A stretch of DNA of 64,000 bases from Bacteriovoracia bacterium (GTDB taxonomy: Bacteria > Bdellovibrionota > UBA1018 > JBFWNL01): assembly GCA_050251055.1 (NCBI GenBank), contig JBFWNL010000001.1:747825-811824 (forward strand), read 5' to 3'. Positions 18,995 to 28,669 of the stretch are shown here, piece after piece. Position 1 is the first letter of the stretch, and every line of letters begins with the position of its first letter. Below the pieces are notes generated by a model, which ran no database searches, was not told the DNA's origin, and saw only the letters and a list, made by a program, of their open reading frames with translations. A program made the position numbers and the translations under genes.

Positions 18995-20881
18995 ATGATT
19001 ACGGGACGGCAGAAAAGAATAACGGCATGGGTCACTTGGCTCGCGATCGCGACGACGCCGCCGTGGACCCCCGCGGTCGCGGCAAGCGACGACAACGAAC
19101 GCGTGGAGCCCTTCGCCTCGCAACCGCAAAAAGTCTATGAAGACATGGTGCTCGTGCCGGCACCGAAGCCGTTTCTAATCGACATCTTCGAAGGCAATAA
19201 AAACGGCAGCACCACCGATGACGAAAAACCCTACAACCTGCAGACCGTGGAAGCCGCGGCCGCCACTTGCGCCCAGATGGGTAAAAGATTGCCGACCCAG
19301 GCGGAATGGCTCGCCGCCGCCAGCGCCCTTGGCAAGAACAGAAAATACACCCTTGTCGGGGACAAGCTCACTCCGCCCTCCCGCGGCGAATGGGCGGTGA
19401 ATATCAAGGGCCCAGAAAGCTACGGCACGCGCGACTGGCCTAAGCTCGGCATCGACGCCATCGGCACGGTCGGCATGACGGGGAACCGCCCCGAATGGGT
19501 GTCCGACGGCCCCGCCCCCACCCAGTGCGGCGGCGGATATGAAGTGAGCGATCCCTCGGACGTGGAACTCAGCCGCATCTGTAGCACCCGAGCGGAAGGC
19601 CGCTGGCGCCGCCGCCAGCTCACCGGCACCGTCCGGTGCGTGGTGGATTACCAGCCCGGCGATCCGGTGGAAGTGCGCTACACGTCGTTCGTCAACGGCA
19701 AGCTCAAGGACTACGTGACCCAAAACACCCCGGCGGTGGTACCCGCGCCGGAGGTACTAGGACCCTACGACAAAATCAGAACCGCCTGCGAGCAGGCGGT
19801 CGCGAACCCCAACCAGGTGTCTTGGCGGGGGCCGTTAAAAGACGGCTTCGATGGCACCCAGCTTTACTACGCCTTAGTGGAAGTCGTGCACGCGAGCAAT
19901 CCGCTCGGCATCCGCTACTTCGACTGCCGTTATTTCGGCGCCACGGGCGTGCGTAAACTTCCTCGCAACCACGACCCCATGGCTTTCATGCAGGTCACCC
20001 TGAACGCGAAAACCTGGGACGCCTGGCTGCAAATCCCGATATTCCGGGATCACTCGTACGGGGACTGGATCGATTTCGAGCGGGAGATCCTCGAGTCCCT
20101 GAGCTGGAAAGGCCTGCAGCTCCCCGCCGAGTACCGCGAATTCCAGCGCCTGATCGATCAGGACCTGGTTCAGGAAGCCATCTGGGAGCTCACGGACGCG
20201 GGCGATACCCAAATCTCCGCCAAGCTCCGCAAGGCCCTACGACGGGATCTGACTTCTGCGAAGATTGCTTCCGAATCGAACTTCACCGCCAACGGTGGGG
20301 TAGCAATAAAATCCAAGCTGCAGCTCGAATCTGGCTTGGCGGCGATCTTTAAGGCCCAGAACGCCGGTTACGATCACTACCCCAGCGAAGTAGCGGTATC
20401 CCTGATCGACGAGATGCTGGGGATGAATTTCGTGCCCATGGCGGTGATTCGCCAGAACTCCACCGGCGTAGAGGGCTCAGCCGCTTACTTCGTAAAGAAC
20501 GGAGATACCGCTGGCAATACCGGCCGTACCACCAAGATCTCTATGCTCGTCGTGCTCGATAACCTGATCAATAACCCGGATCGGCACCAGGGGAATTACA
20601 TGTGGATCGACCACATCCAAAAACAAATTGCCATCGACCACAACCGCGCGTTCGAGGTCTACCGGGAATACAGCGCCTATGCGTACGGAACTATCACCTC
20701 CATCCCTAGCCGGGATCTGCATCAGCGACTGAAGGACCTGACCCCCGAGATCATCGACAGCCGCTTCGCGACCCTTCTGCCTTCGGCTTTTCGGGAGCGC
20801 TTCAAAGCGAATCGCACGCAGGTTTTGGCTACGTTCGATGCCTTAGTGCAAAGAAACGGCAGTCGCGCTTACGAGAAGTGA
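18995..20881 (+). CDS. Exported protein: FGE-sulfatase (SUMF1-like) domain plus C-terminal PI3/4-kinase/HipA-like atypical kinase domain
   Basis: N: FLIDIFE, CAQMGKRLPTQAEW, GMTGNRPEWV, TVRC. C: AIFK, SEVAVSLIDEMLGMNFVP, LDNLINNPDRHQGN, AIDHNRAF. Confidence 0.75.
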   Translation: MITGRQKRITAWVTWLAIATTPPWTPAVAASDDNERVEPFASQPQKVYEDMVLVPAPKPFLIDIFEGNKNGSTTDDEKPYNLQTVEAAAATCAQMGKRLPTQAEWLAAASALGKNRKYTLVGDKLTPPSRGEWAVNIKGPESYGTRDWPKLGIDAIGTVGMTGNRPEWVSDGPAPTQCGGGYEVSDPSDVELSRICSTRAEGRWRRRQLTGTVRCVVDYQPGDPVEVRYTSFVNGKLKDYVTQNTPAVVPAPEVLGPYDKIRTACEQAVANPNQVSWRGPLKDGFDGTQLYYALVEVVHASNPLGIRYFDCRYFGATGVRKLPRNHDPMAFMQVTLNAKTWDAWLQIPIFRDHSYGDWIDFEREILESLSWKGLQLPAEYREFQRLIDQDLVQEAIWELTDAGDTQISAKLRKALRRDLTSAKIASESNFTANGGVAIKSKLQLESGLAAIFKAQNAGYDHYPSEVAVSLIDEMLGMNFVPMAVIRQNSTGVEGSAAYFVKNGDTAGNTGRTTKISMLVVLDNLINNPDRHQGNYMWIDHIQKQIAIDHNRAFEVYREYSAYAYGTITSIPSRDLHQRLKDLTPEIIDSRFATLLPSAFRERFKANRTQVLATFDALVQRNGSRAYEK

Positions 20882-20970
20882 ACTTTCCGGTTCCTGGCCA
20901 GGCGTCTAAAACTTGCGCAGCTTTACATTCATAAATACTTATAAGCCGTTGTTATTAATGGATAATCATC

Positions 20971-20986
20971 TGGTTCAAGTCTTGCT
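20971..20986 (+). promoter_or_regulatory. sigma54 (-24/-12) promoter
   Basis: TGGTTCAAGTCTTGCT = GG-N10-GC, 18 nt before ATG 21005, downstream of an AT-rich tract. Confidence 0.6.
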
Positions 20987-21004
20987 CTAACTCTGGGTGG
21001 GTTT

Positions 21005-23779
21005 ATGGCCTCTTGGATGACGACCGTGTGGTCGAAGATTCAGTTCGGTGTTTTTACGGCGGTGCTATTTGTAGCGGCAGGCACCGACGCGCGTGCGGCA
21101 GGAGACCTCACCGATAAAGAAATCCAAACCCTCCGAAGCGAAATCCAAACCCTGCTGCAAAAACGCCCTCCGCCGAACGGAAAGGCATTGGCGGAAGCCC
21201 TGGACGCCCTTTACGTCCCAAAATACATGAAACTTACCCAGCCGGAGTTCAACTCGGTGCTAGGCGCGCTCGCGATCGAAGAGCTCACCCGGCAGCTCGA
21301 AGACATCGACGGTCGTTATCTGAAATTTCTCCGGGCGGGGACCCAGCGAGAGCTCCATGAGGTCATGGCCCGGATCGAAGCCTTTGGACAAGCCGTGGAT
21401 TTACGCCTCCCCCTCCCCACTCATCGTTACCTGCGAAGCGGGCGACCGGAGCGCTTCTGTCGCCTCACCCTGCGACTGCTCCCTTCCTCACTCTCACCTG
21501 CCCACGAGTTGCGGGTGATGGAAACGCTCGTAGTCACCCACCAGCTCACCCGTCATGATGGGGGATGGACCGCGGATGGGGTCGAAAAACTCTTGCAGCA
21601 GGTCCACGCGAGCTTGCGCCGGGCCTACTGGGCGTCGTGGCGCCCTTTCCTAGCCAACGAGGCGAATCGCCCGAGCGCGCTTCGGTCCCGGGCATTTCCC
21701 GTAGGCTCGGCCATGCTGATCCACGATCACGATGCATCGGAGTTACTCGATTGGCAGGTGGGTTGGACGGGCAACGATACCGCCGTCAAGGCCCGTCAGG
21801 AAGTGCAAGCAGCCGCCGAAAGCTTGGTGCACGCGCTGGGCAGTCCCGCGATCATACGGCACCCGCGAATCGTGTCTTTGCTTCAGGACGTGGCTCGCCT
21901 GCGGGATAACGCCGGGGTCACGGCCGAAGAACTGCTAGGCCAGATCCTCGCCCCCATGGACGCCCGAGACGTGCTGGCAATCGAAAGAAAATTTGCTCCT
22001 GGGCTGACCCAAGATTTGAATTGGATGTCCCAACGCGCGCTCCGGCGCCTCACCCAGGCCGACGGCGTCGCGCCAGCGCCTCCCCTCGCGCCCGAGCACG
22101 CAATTCTAACCGCTGGCCTAAAATGGCACGCCAAGAAACGGCTCAACGAGGACGAACTCGCGCTCTACCAGGCCCTCCGCGGCCAGGGCGACGACCCGAT
22201 CGCGGCCCTAAACAAGCATTTAGGGTATTTAGGTAACTTCCGGCACCGCCAGTTCGCGATACTCGAAGCAGGCCTTTACTCGGCCAGGCCCCAGGTGGAA
22301 ACCGAGGCCGAAGGACTCGCCTTCGCCGACTTCTTAGCCAACCAGCGCGACATAAAATTAGGCGATCCCGCCCGCCCGGGGGCCTTCAGCGTCGCTGCCA
22401 ACGAAGCGTTGATTCGTCGAGTCTGGTGCCCCGAGGATTGGGGGATTACCGAAATCGACACCGAAGGGGGCCGGGCGAAATACGCCACGATCCTAATGCG
22501 GCTTCGCCGGGTACAGTTCCTGCTCCCCCACGCGGAAGATGCCTTGCGGGCAAAGATTGGGTACGAAGATCCAGAGGTGTTCAACGAACTCCTGAAAAGC
22601 GCCGAATTTCGCGCCGAGCTTGCCACCACGATCCGCGCGATGGCCACGGGATTCGCAATTTCTCGCGCCGAAATGCTGGCCGTGTTGGACCGCCCGGAAA
22701 TCCAGGCCCTCGTCTTTAAGGACGAAAAATCCCAGGCCTGGTTTGCCGCCCTGAACCAGAATGCCGTGGCTAACCCACTTCCCGTGCTGGAGCCGGAGGA
22801 TGCTTTCTGGGTATGGATGCCGTTTTTTTGGGAACGGGCGCAGTCGGCCGAGCAACGCGCGCGCTTGGTGAAGTTCACTACCGGGCGCCTTCGCTGGCAA
22901 CACTACCGCCCGAACAAACAACACTGGGTTCGGTACCTCGAGAGTACGCCCACTTTGCTCCACCCCCAAACCGCCGATCCGGTCCGGGTGCTCGCGGACT
23001 TACAGATCCTGAGCAGCATGAGCTACTTCAACGAACCGCTAGAAGAACTAGCGTTACGGCACCTGCCCAGCCTCGTTTGGCTACGATTCCATCACCCGCT
23101 CGTGGAAGCTCGTACCATCGTGAGAAAAATCCTGGACAAGGCGCTCATCGACGAAGCCTATGCGCCCGCCGGTATCGATCTTGGCCGATACGAGACCGAG
23201 CGGCTGGAGGAGCTGGATCGCCTGACCGAGCTTGACGAGGTCATCCGCTTTAACCCCCGATCGGCGCGGGAGCGCCAGAAATGGGAAACCGCGGTCCTCG
23301 CGCGCGCCGAAAAATTTCGCGAAAGCGGCCACTACTGGTTCTTGAAGTTCATCGCTCGCCCCGAACCTGCCCAAGCCTCGGATAGTCCCGCCGTGAAAAA
23401 ATTCATCGGCAGCTTGCTGGCGAAGATTGGTGACTTTGAATCGTTCCTCGGGATCGACGGCGACCCAAAAAATCCGAGTTCCCTAAAAATTGATCTGAGT
23501 GGCTCCGGTACTTATAGGAGCCTGAATGCGACGAAGGTACTGACTCTGCTCATAGATTTCGCCAACGACGAAGCCTTCCATGCGGAAGAGCTACTGGCTT
23601 ACGTAAAAAAGCACGAAGAGATCCTCCTCTACATTGCGGCCGATCCGACGCTTTCCCCACCCAATCTCGGGGAAGCCCTCGAAAAACTGGGGCTCACCCT
23701 CCGGCCGGCTGATCTAAAGCAAGTCCAGCAGAAGCTACAAGAAGAGCAAAACTACCGCGACGCCTGCGAGCGCGACTAA
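21005..23779 (+). CDS. Large secreted helical hypothetical protein (924 aa)
   Basis: Long ORF, signal peptide ending ARA-A; no family motif recognised. Confidence 0.7.
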   Translation: MASWMTTVWSKIQFGVFTAVLFVAAGTDARAAGDLTDKEIQTLRSEIQTLLQKRPPPNGKALAEALDALYVPKYMKLTQPEFNSVLGALAIEELTRQLEDIDGRYLKFLRAGTQRELHEVMARIEAFGQAVDLRLPLPTHRYLRSGRPERFCRLTLRLLPSSLSPAHELRVMETLVVTHQLTRHDGGWTADGVEKLLQQVHASLRRAYWASWRPFLANEANRPSALRSRAFPVGSAMLIHDHDASELLDWQVGWTGNDTAVKARQEVQAAAESLVHALGSPAIIRHPRIVSLLQDVARLRDNAGVTAEELLGQILAPMDARDVLAIERKFAPGLTQDLNWMSQRALRRLTQADGVAPAPPLAPEHAILTAGLKWHAKKRLNEDELALYQALRGQGDDPIAALNKHLGYLGNFRHRQFAILEAGLYSARPQVETEAEGLAFADFLANQRDIKLGDPARPGAFSVAANEALIRRVWCPEDWGITEIDTEGGRAKYATILMRLRRVQFLLPHAEDALRAKIGYEDPEVFNELLKSAEFRAELATTIRAMATGFAISRAEMLAVLDRPEIQALVFKDEKSQAWFAALNQNAVANPLPVLEPEDAFWVWMPFFWERAQSAEQRARLVKFTTGRLRWQHYRPNKQHWVRYLESTPTLLHPQTADPVRVLADLQILSSMSYFNEPLEELALRHLPSLVWLRFHHPLVEARTIVRKILDKALIDEAYAPAGIDLGRYETERLEELDRLTELDEVIRFNPRSARERQKWETAVLARAEKFRESGHYWFLKFIARPEPAQASDSPAVKKFIGSLLAKIGDFESFLGIDGDPKNPSSLKIDLSGSGTYRSLNATKVLTLLIDFANDEAFHAEELLAYVKKHEEILLYIAADPTLSPPNLGEALEKLGLTLRPADLKQVQQKLQEEQNYRDACERD

Positions 23780-25695
23780 GGGCGTCCGAAGGTGGTTTTT
23801 CCCGGTACCCGATGCACGGCCGTGGTCGGCATGCGTTCGCGTCGGTCATTCCCCACGCCTTCGTACTCCCAGCGCAAGGAGCCTAGGTTTTGGGGCGAAG
23901 GCACGGTCTTCGCGTCAGTCACGAGCAGCTTGTAGCCGAAATCCCAGCCCAGCGGCAGGCTGATCGAGCCCACCCACTTACCGCCGAAGATTTCCTCGCG
24001 GTAAGTGAAGAGTTCCACCGCGCCGCCCTGATTAGCATTGAGCTGGGGCACCCAAGCCCAAACGCGCTGACCATCGCCGAACTTCGCCGGCACCCCTTCG
24101 GCCGATAGAATCAGGGAAGCCTTCGCTCCCGGCTGCCATTTCGAGCTCTCGCTCGCGGCGCAGGCGGTGACCTGCCCCATGAGGGCGTTCAGGCACGTCG
24201 TGTGCTTCACGACGAAATCCAGATCGTCCTTCCAACCCGGGTGTTCGGGATCTTGGCGATACCGATAGACAAAGAGCTCGGACATTACTTCTCGCAGGTA
24301 AATCGAAGCCACGTCGCGATTCTTGATCACGAGCAGGTTCTCGTCGTTCTTGGTCATGGCGCCAGCCGACCAGTTGGCCGAACCGTTGACGAGCACCAAT
24401 CCCTTCGGCGTACCGATCACCGCGAACTTGTTATGCACGCATCCGTAAGCGGTGGTGATCTCGTTCTTCAAGATGGTGAGTGATTTATCACTCACGCCCG
24501 CTTCCTCGCCGCGCGTAACGCCCAGCTCGGCGAGTTTTCCCAGCTGCTGCTGGAAGTTTGGATCGGCTTCCCGACCCGCGTCGAAGAAGACCCGCAGGCG
24601 CACGCCCGCTTTTTTCATCTGAATGAGCGTGTCCGTGAGGCGGGTGTTGGTAATGAAATTAGTGGAGATATACGCGAACGATCTCGCGGGTTCCGCCAAG
24701 GTCGCGGACAACTGCTGCGCGATTGCGCCTTCGACATCGTCTTCCGGGCTAAAGTAAGCAGCGACCTCCTGGTTTTCCTGCGCCTTCAGCTGGTCGGGCC
24801 GGGCCTGGGCGGTGGAGGTCCCGTCCACAAAGCGCTCGCGCTTCCCCACCTGCTCGGCCAGCTGCACGTAACGGGCGTCGTTCACGCACTCGGCAAGATT
24901 CTTGAGCCGGCTTTGGTTGAATTGATTGAGCACGCCCATTCCGGGCATGGTTTTCTTCGGGTCTTTGGGATCGACCTGAACCGTTAGCTTCTGGCAGCCC
25001 GGTTGTGCGGTCACGACCGTCTTCGGTAAGCCTCCCGTGGTAACGTATTCGGTAAAACCAGCGTCCCACTTTTCGTTGCCGGTGCCGCACGCTGCGGTAG
25101 GGGTGGCAAAGAGCGCGCAGGCGATCTGCGAAACGTCGCGTAGCTCATCAAGCTCATCGGAAAATTTTTGGATCGTCTGCGCGTCGCGAATCGCGAGCAC
25201 GTTTTCGTAGTTCGCCACCAACCCCGAGTAGGTGAAGTTGGCCGAGCCCATCAGCAAGATCTCGCCATCAATAATGATGATCTTATTGTGCATCTGAGGA
25301 TTTCCGCCTCGCATCACCGGAATGAGGTGGCGCGTGACGTTTGGCTGAGATGCTAGCGCGCCGTAAACTGGCGAAACGTCGCCCGAGCTCGCCCGCGCGT
25401 GGTCGAAGTCGAGCAGAAACTCAATCTTCACTCCGCGCTTGGCGGCGGACTTCAGGATTTCCGAGAAATGCCGCACGTCCATGTTGTAGGTCGCGATGCG
25501 GATGGATTTCTTGGCGTTCGCTAAGTAATGGCCGACCGCCTGAATGGGCATGTCCGCCGGAGCGAAATAAGCGCAGTACTTGCTGCTGGCGGTGCAAGTA
25601 CCCGCGAAGTGCGCAGGCAAGGGCGCGGCCATCGCCGACGTTACGAATGAAAACCCAATCGAGGCCAACCCAGCGAGAGGAAAACGGTAGTTCAT
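23776..25695 (-). CDS. Secreted phospholipase D-family (Nuc-like) protein with C-terminal CBM20-like domain
   Basis: MHNKIIIIDGEILLMGSANFT and VHNKFAVIG..NGSANWS; YFAP/YFSP motifs; C-terminal WVGSISLPLGWDFGYKLLV..RWE..GNDR. Confidence 0.82.
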   Translation of the reverse strand: MNYRFPLAGLASIGFSFVTSAMAAPLPAHFAGTCTASSKYCAYFAPADMPIQAVGHYLANAKKSIRIATYNMDVRHFSEILKSAAKRGVKIEFLLDFDHARASSGDVSPVYGALASQPNVTRHLIPVMRGGNPQMHNKIIIIDGEILLMGSANFTYSGLVANYENVLAIRDAQTIQKFSDELDELRDVSQIACALFATPTAACGTGNEKWDAGFTEYVTTGGLPKTVVTAQPGCQKLTVQVDPKDPKKTMPGMGVLNQFNQSRLKNLAECVNDARYVQLAEQVGKRERFVDGTSTAQARPDQLKAQENQEVAAYFSPEDDVEGAIAQQLSATLAEPARSFAYISTNFITNTRLTDTLIQMKKAGVRLRVFFDAGREADPNFQQQLGKLAELGVTRGEEAGVSDKSLTILKNEITTAYGCVHNKFAVIGTPKGLVLVNGSANWSAGAMTKNDENLLVIKNRDVASIYLREVMSELFVYRYRQDPEHPGWKDDLDFVVKHTTCLNALMGQVTACAASESSKWQPGAKASLILSAEGVPAKFGDGQRVWAWVPQLNANQGGAVELFTYREEIFGGKWVGSISLPLGWDFGYKLLVTDAKTVPSPQNLGSLRWEYEGVGNDRRERMPTTAVHRVPGKTTFGRP

Positions 25696-25859
25696 GCGTC
25701 GGAGATACCCGAGAATTCAAAATAACGCAATGCATTGATATTTCTTCCTTTTTGCCCCTATCCTCCTGAAATAAAGAGAAAATAACGACTCGCTTGCGGG
25801 TACGGTTGACGCGAGAGAACACCCGCGATAACTAGACCTCGCCGATTCATTTTTAATGT

Positions 25860-25934
25860 TGGAGTGTAGCTCAGCGGCAGAGCACGCCCTTCACACGGGC
25901 GGGGTCGTAGGTTCAATCCCTATCACTCCAACCA
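25860..25934 (+). tRNA. tRNA-Val (anticodon CAC)
   Basis: Acceptor TGGAGTG/CACTCCA, D-arm GCTC/GAGC, anticodon arm CGCCC-TTCACAC-GGGCG, T-loop TTCAATC, encoded CCA. Confidence 0.96.
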
Positions 25935-26045
25935 TTTTTCCCCTCCCCTCAGAAAACGCCTAGAAAACGGATTCCCTTCTCGATATCCCCGGAAATTAGC
26001 GGCTTTTTATGGATCCTGAGAAAATCAGCTCAGGGGAACCGAAAA

Positions 26046-27164
26046 ATGAAGTACGTAATCGCAAACCAGTCGGGAATGTCCTTACTGGAAACGATGGTGG
26101 TCGGATCCATCTTGATCTCCATGGGACTCATCACCTCGTCCTTGGTCATGACCGGCGTCAAGAGCGGACGACACGTGGCTACGGTCTCCGATCTAAACAC
26201 GTTGAAGTACCAGCTACGCGCGTTGGTCAACAAAGACGCGCTCTGCGCTACCGCCTTCAAAACCGCGAACGGGGCATTGCAGTTTCAACCCAGTGCGAAC
26301 CCCCAAACTCCCATCAGCATCACTCTATCCGCCATCAAATCTTGGGGAGGGGAAACCATCCTCGCGGCTCCGGGAAAGAAAATCCAAGGGGCGAAAATCA
26401 CCTCCCTCCAACTGACTCAATCTCCCGTCGCTCCCGAGATGGTCGCGAATCCCAGTAATCCCAGCCAGCTTTTCATATCGACGATGGTCGCCTTGAGCGT
26501 CTCGCTTCAAACGGAACCCGGTCAAAACCTGGGCGCGCCCTACTCGACGATCGAGGTCCCATTTCAGTTGGTGGTCAACCCAGCCAACGGATACCAAGTC
26601 GTGGGCTGCTCCTTGGACGCCCAGTGGCCGGGGGCTTTCGTGCCCGTTCCCGTCGCGAGCTGCCCCTCCGGAAAAGTGGTCACGGGCTTGGGTCCGGGCG
26701 GAAATCCAATCTGCGCGTTTCCCGTGCCCGCCACCAGCTGCGCCTCGGGCACCGTGGTCACTGGACTCAATGCCAATGGTAGCCCCATCTGCGCAAACCC
26801 GCCCTCACCTCCTAACCCGGAAGTCTACGCCAGCGCATGCGCCGACTCTATCATCCTGGGAGCCTCCAGTACGACCATGTGTTGCCGAATGAACCGAAAC
26901 ACCGGGTCGGCCCAATGCAAGACGGGAAACATCAATCAAGGGGGCTACACCTCCTTGCCCGATCCCTTTCCTACCAGCACCACGGGAAACTACTCCCTGC
27001 AATGCATCGGAGGCGTCGACCCATCGCTCAGCCCACCCAATCCCCTGCTTTTTAAATGTTGCCGGACGAATAACACGAGTGGCGTCACTGCCTGCAAGTC
27101 GCTCACGACGGGGTACAGTGGCTACACTTGGGCCACGGCGGCGGGAGGAAACTTCAGTTTCTAA
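26046..27164 (+). CDS. Type IV pilin / pseudopilin-like protein with Cys-rich C-terminal extension
   Basis: Class III signal NQSG/MSLLE plus hydrophobic helix; tandem SCxSGxVVTGLxxxGxPICA repeats; CCR motifs. Confidence 0.8.
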   Translation: MKYVIANQSGMSLLETMVVGSILISMGLITSSLVMTGVKSGRHVATVSDLNTLKYQLRALVNKDALCATAFKTANGALQFQPSANPQTPISITLSAIKSWGGETILAAPGKKIQGAKITSLQLTQSPVAPEMVANPSNPSQLFISTMVALSVSLQTEPGQNLGAPYSTIEVPFQLVVNPANGYQVVGCSLDAQWPGAFVPVPVASCPSGKVVTGLGPGGNPICAFPVPATSCASGTVVTGLNANGSPICANPPSPPNPEVYASACADSIILGASSTTMCCRMNRNTGSAQCKTGNINQGGYTSLPDPFPTSTTGNYSLQCIGGVDPSLSPPNPLLFKCCRTNNTSGVTACKSLTTGYSGYTWATAAGGNFSF

Positions 27165-27229
27165 CGCCCCGTCATCGCCACCGCGTTAGGTCTTCCCTCT
27201 TTTTTTATGAACTGATAGCCTAGGCCATC

Positions 27230-28669
27230 ATGAAATCTCTCTTGGATTCGGCGCAAAAAGCCGTCGGCAGCCAGGCGCAGTGGACGGGCATCCGCTGGCT
27301 CAGTGAAACGACTACCCTTCGCCAGTTCCGCGACGGAAAACCCCAGACTAACCGTAGCGATCACAGCCAGGGCGTGATGGTGGAGGTCCTGGCCGAAGGA
27401 ATGTTCGCCTACGCGTCGACTCCGCAAGCCACTCCCGCAGGCGTGGCCCAGGCGGCAAAGCAGGCGCTCGCGCAGGCCCAACGCGCGGCGCGCTTCAAAG
27501 TATTTGATTTCAACGCCCGCATGCGCCCGGCCTCGCGCGGACGTTACCAGTCGCCCGTGCGCACGCCGTTCGGATCCGTCGAGGTCGCGGCCGTCTGCGA
27601 CCATCTCAAGCAAGCCTGCGAGACGCTGAAGCGCTCGCCAAAAATCATCAAGACGGAGGCCGCGGTTCGCTTGGTCGAAACGCAGATCAAGATGTACTCC
27701 AGCGCGGGCGCGGAACTAGAACAAGAATTCTCTCTCATCTCGACCGATTACAACGCCACCGCCCAGGATGCGGCCGTCATCCAGACCCGCACCGACAACG
27801 GGATGCTCGCGCGCAGCTACCAATCCGGCTTGGAAATGCTGTTTGACCCTGGCACGCAGGAACGACTACAACGGATCGCCGAGCAGGCGCTCGAACTCGT
27901 GGCCGCGCCGGAGTGCCCGACGCAAACGACGTCGCTGGTACTGATGCCCGATCAGATGATGCTGCAGATTCACGAAAGCATCGGGCACCCGCTCGAGATC
28001 GATCGTATCTTAGGCGACGAGCGCAACTACGCCGGCTGGAGCTTCGTGAAGCCAGAGGATTTCGGGAAACTGATCTACGGTTCGCCGTTAATGAACGTAA
28101 CTTTCGACCCCACCCTCGCCCACGAGTTCGCCAGTTACGCGTTCGACGACGCGGGGGAACCGGCCAAGCGTACGCTCCTCATTGAAAAAGGGATTCTCAA
28201 ACGCGGGCTGGGGGGACTAGAAAGCCAGGCGCGCTCGAACCTCGAAGGGGTGGCGAACTTCCGATCGGCGTCTTGGAACCGCGCGCCAATCGACCGCATG
28301 GCCAATCTCAATTTGGAAGCCGGCGACGCCTCCTTCGACGACATCATTACTTCGGTGGAAGACGGCGTGCTCATGGAGTCCAACCGCTCGTGGTCGATCG
28401 ATGACTTCCGCAACAAATTCCAGTTCGGTTGTGAGTACGGCCGACGCATTCGCCAGGGAAAACTCGCCGAAGTCGTGCGAAACCCCAACTACCGGGGCGT
28501 CACGAACCCCTTCTGGAGGAGCCTAAAGCGCGTCGGCAACGAAGCCACTCGGCAAGCCTACGGCACGCCTTACTGCGGCAAGGGAGAACCCAATCAAATC
28601 ATCCGCGTCGGGCACGCTTCGCCGGTGTGCTTGTTTAAGAACATCGAAGTCTTCGGGGGTGCCTCGTGA
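27230..28669 (+). CDS. tldD: TldD family metalloprotease subunit
   Basis: IHESIGHPLE, FDDAG, APIDRMANL, WSIDD, CGKGEP. Confidence 0.92.
   Translation: MKSLLDSAQKAVGSQAQWTGIRWLSETTTLRQFRDGKPQTNRSDHSQGVMVEVLAEGMFAYASTPQATPAGVAQAAKQALAQAQRAARFKVFDFNARMRPASRGRYQSPVRTPFGSVEVAAVCDHLKQACETLKRSPKIIKTEAAVRLVETQIKMYSSAGAELEQEFSLISTDYNATAQDAAVIQTRTDNGMLARSYQSGLEMLFDPGTQERLQRIAEQALELVAAPECPTQTTSLVLMPDQMMLQIHESIGHPLEIDRILGDERNYAGWSFVKPEDFGKLIYGSPLMNVTFDPTLAHEFASYAFDDAGEPAKRTLLIEKGILKRGLGGLESQARSNLEGVANFRSASWNRAPIDRMANLNLEAGDASFDDIITSVEDGVLMESNRSWSIDDFRNKFQFGCEYGRRIRQGKLAEVVRNPNYRGVTNPFWRSLKRVGNEATRQAYGTPYCGKGEPNQIIRVGHASPVCLFKNIEVFGGAS

Noticed and set aside
21119-21153. Direct repeat GAAATCCAAACCCT x2
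   Set aside because: In-frame coding heptad repeat (EIQTL); two copies only, not an array.
25860-25934. tRNA-Val as an integration site of an island or prophage
   Set aside because: No adjacent integrase, and I saw no duplicated tRNA 3' end in the window (by eye only).
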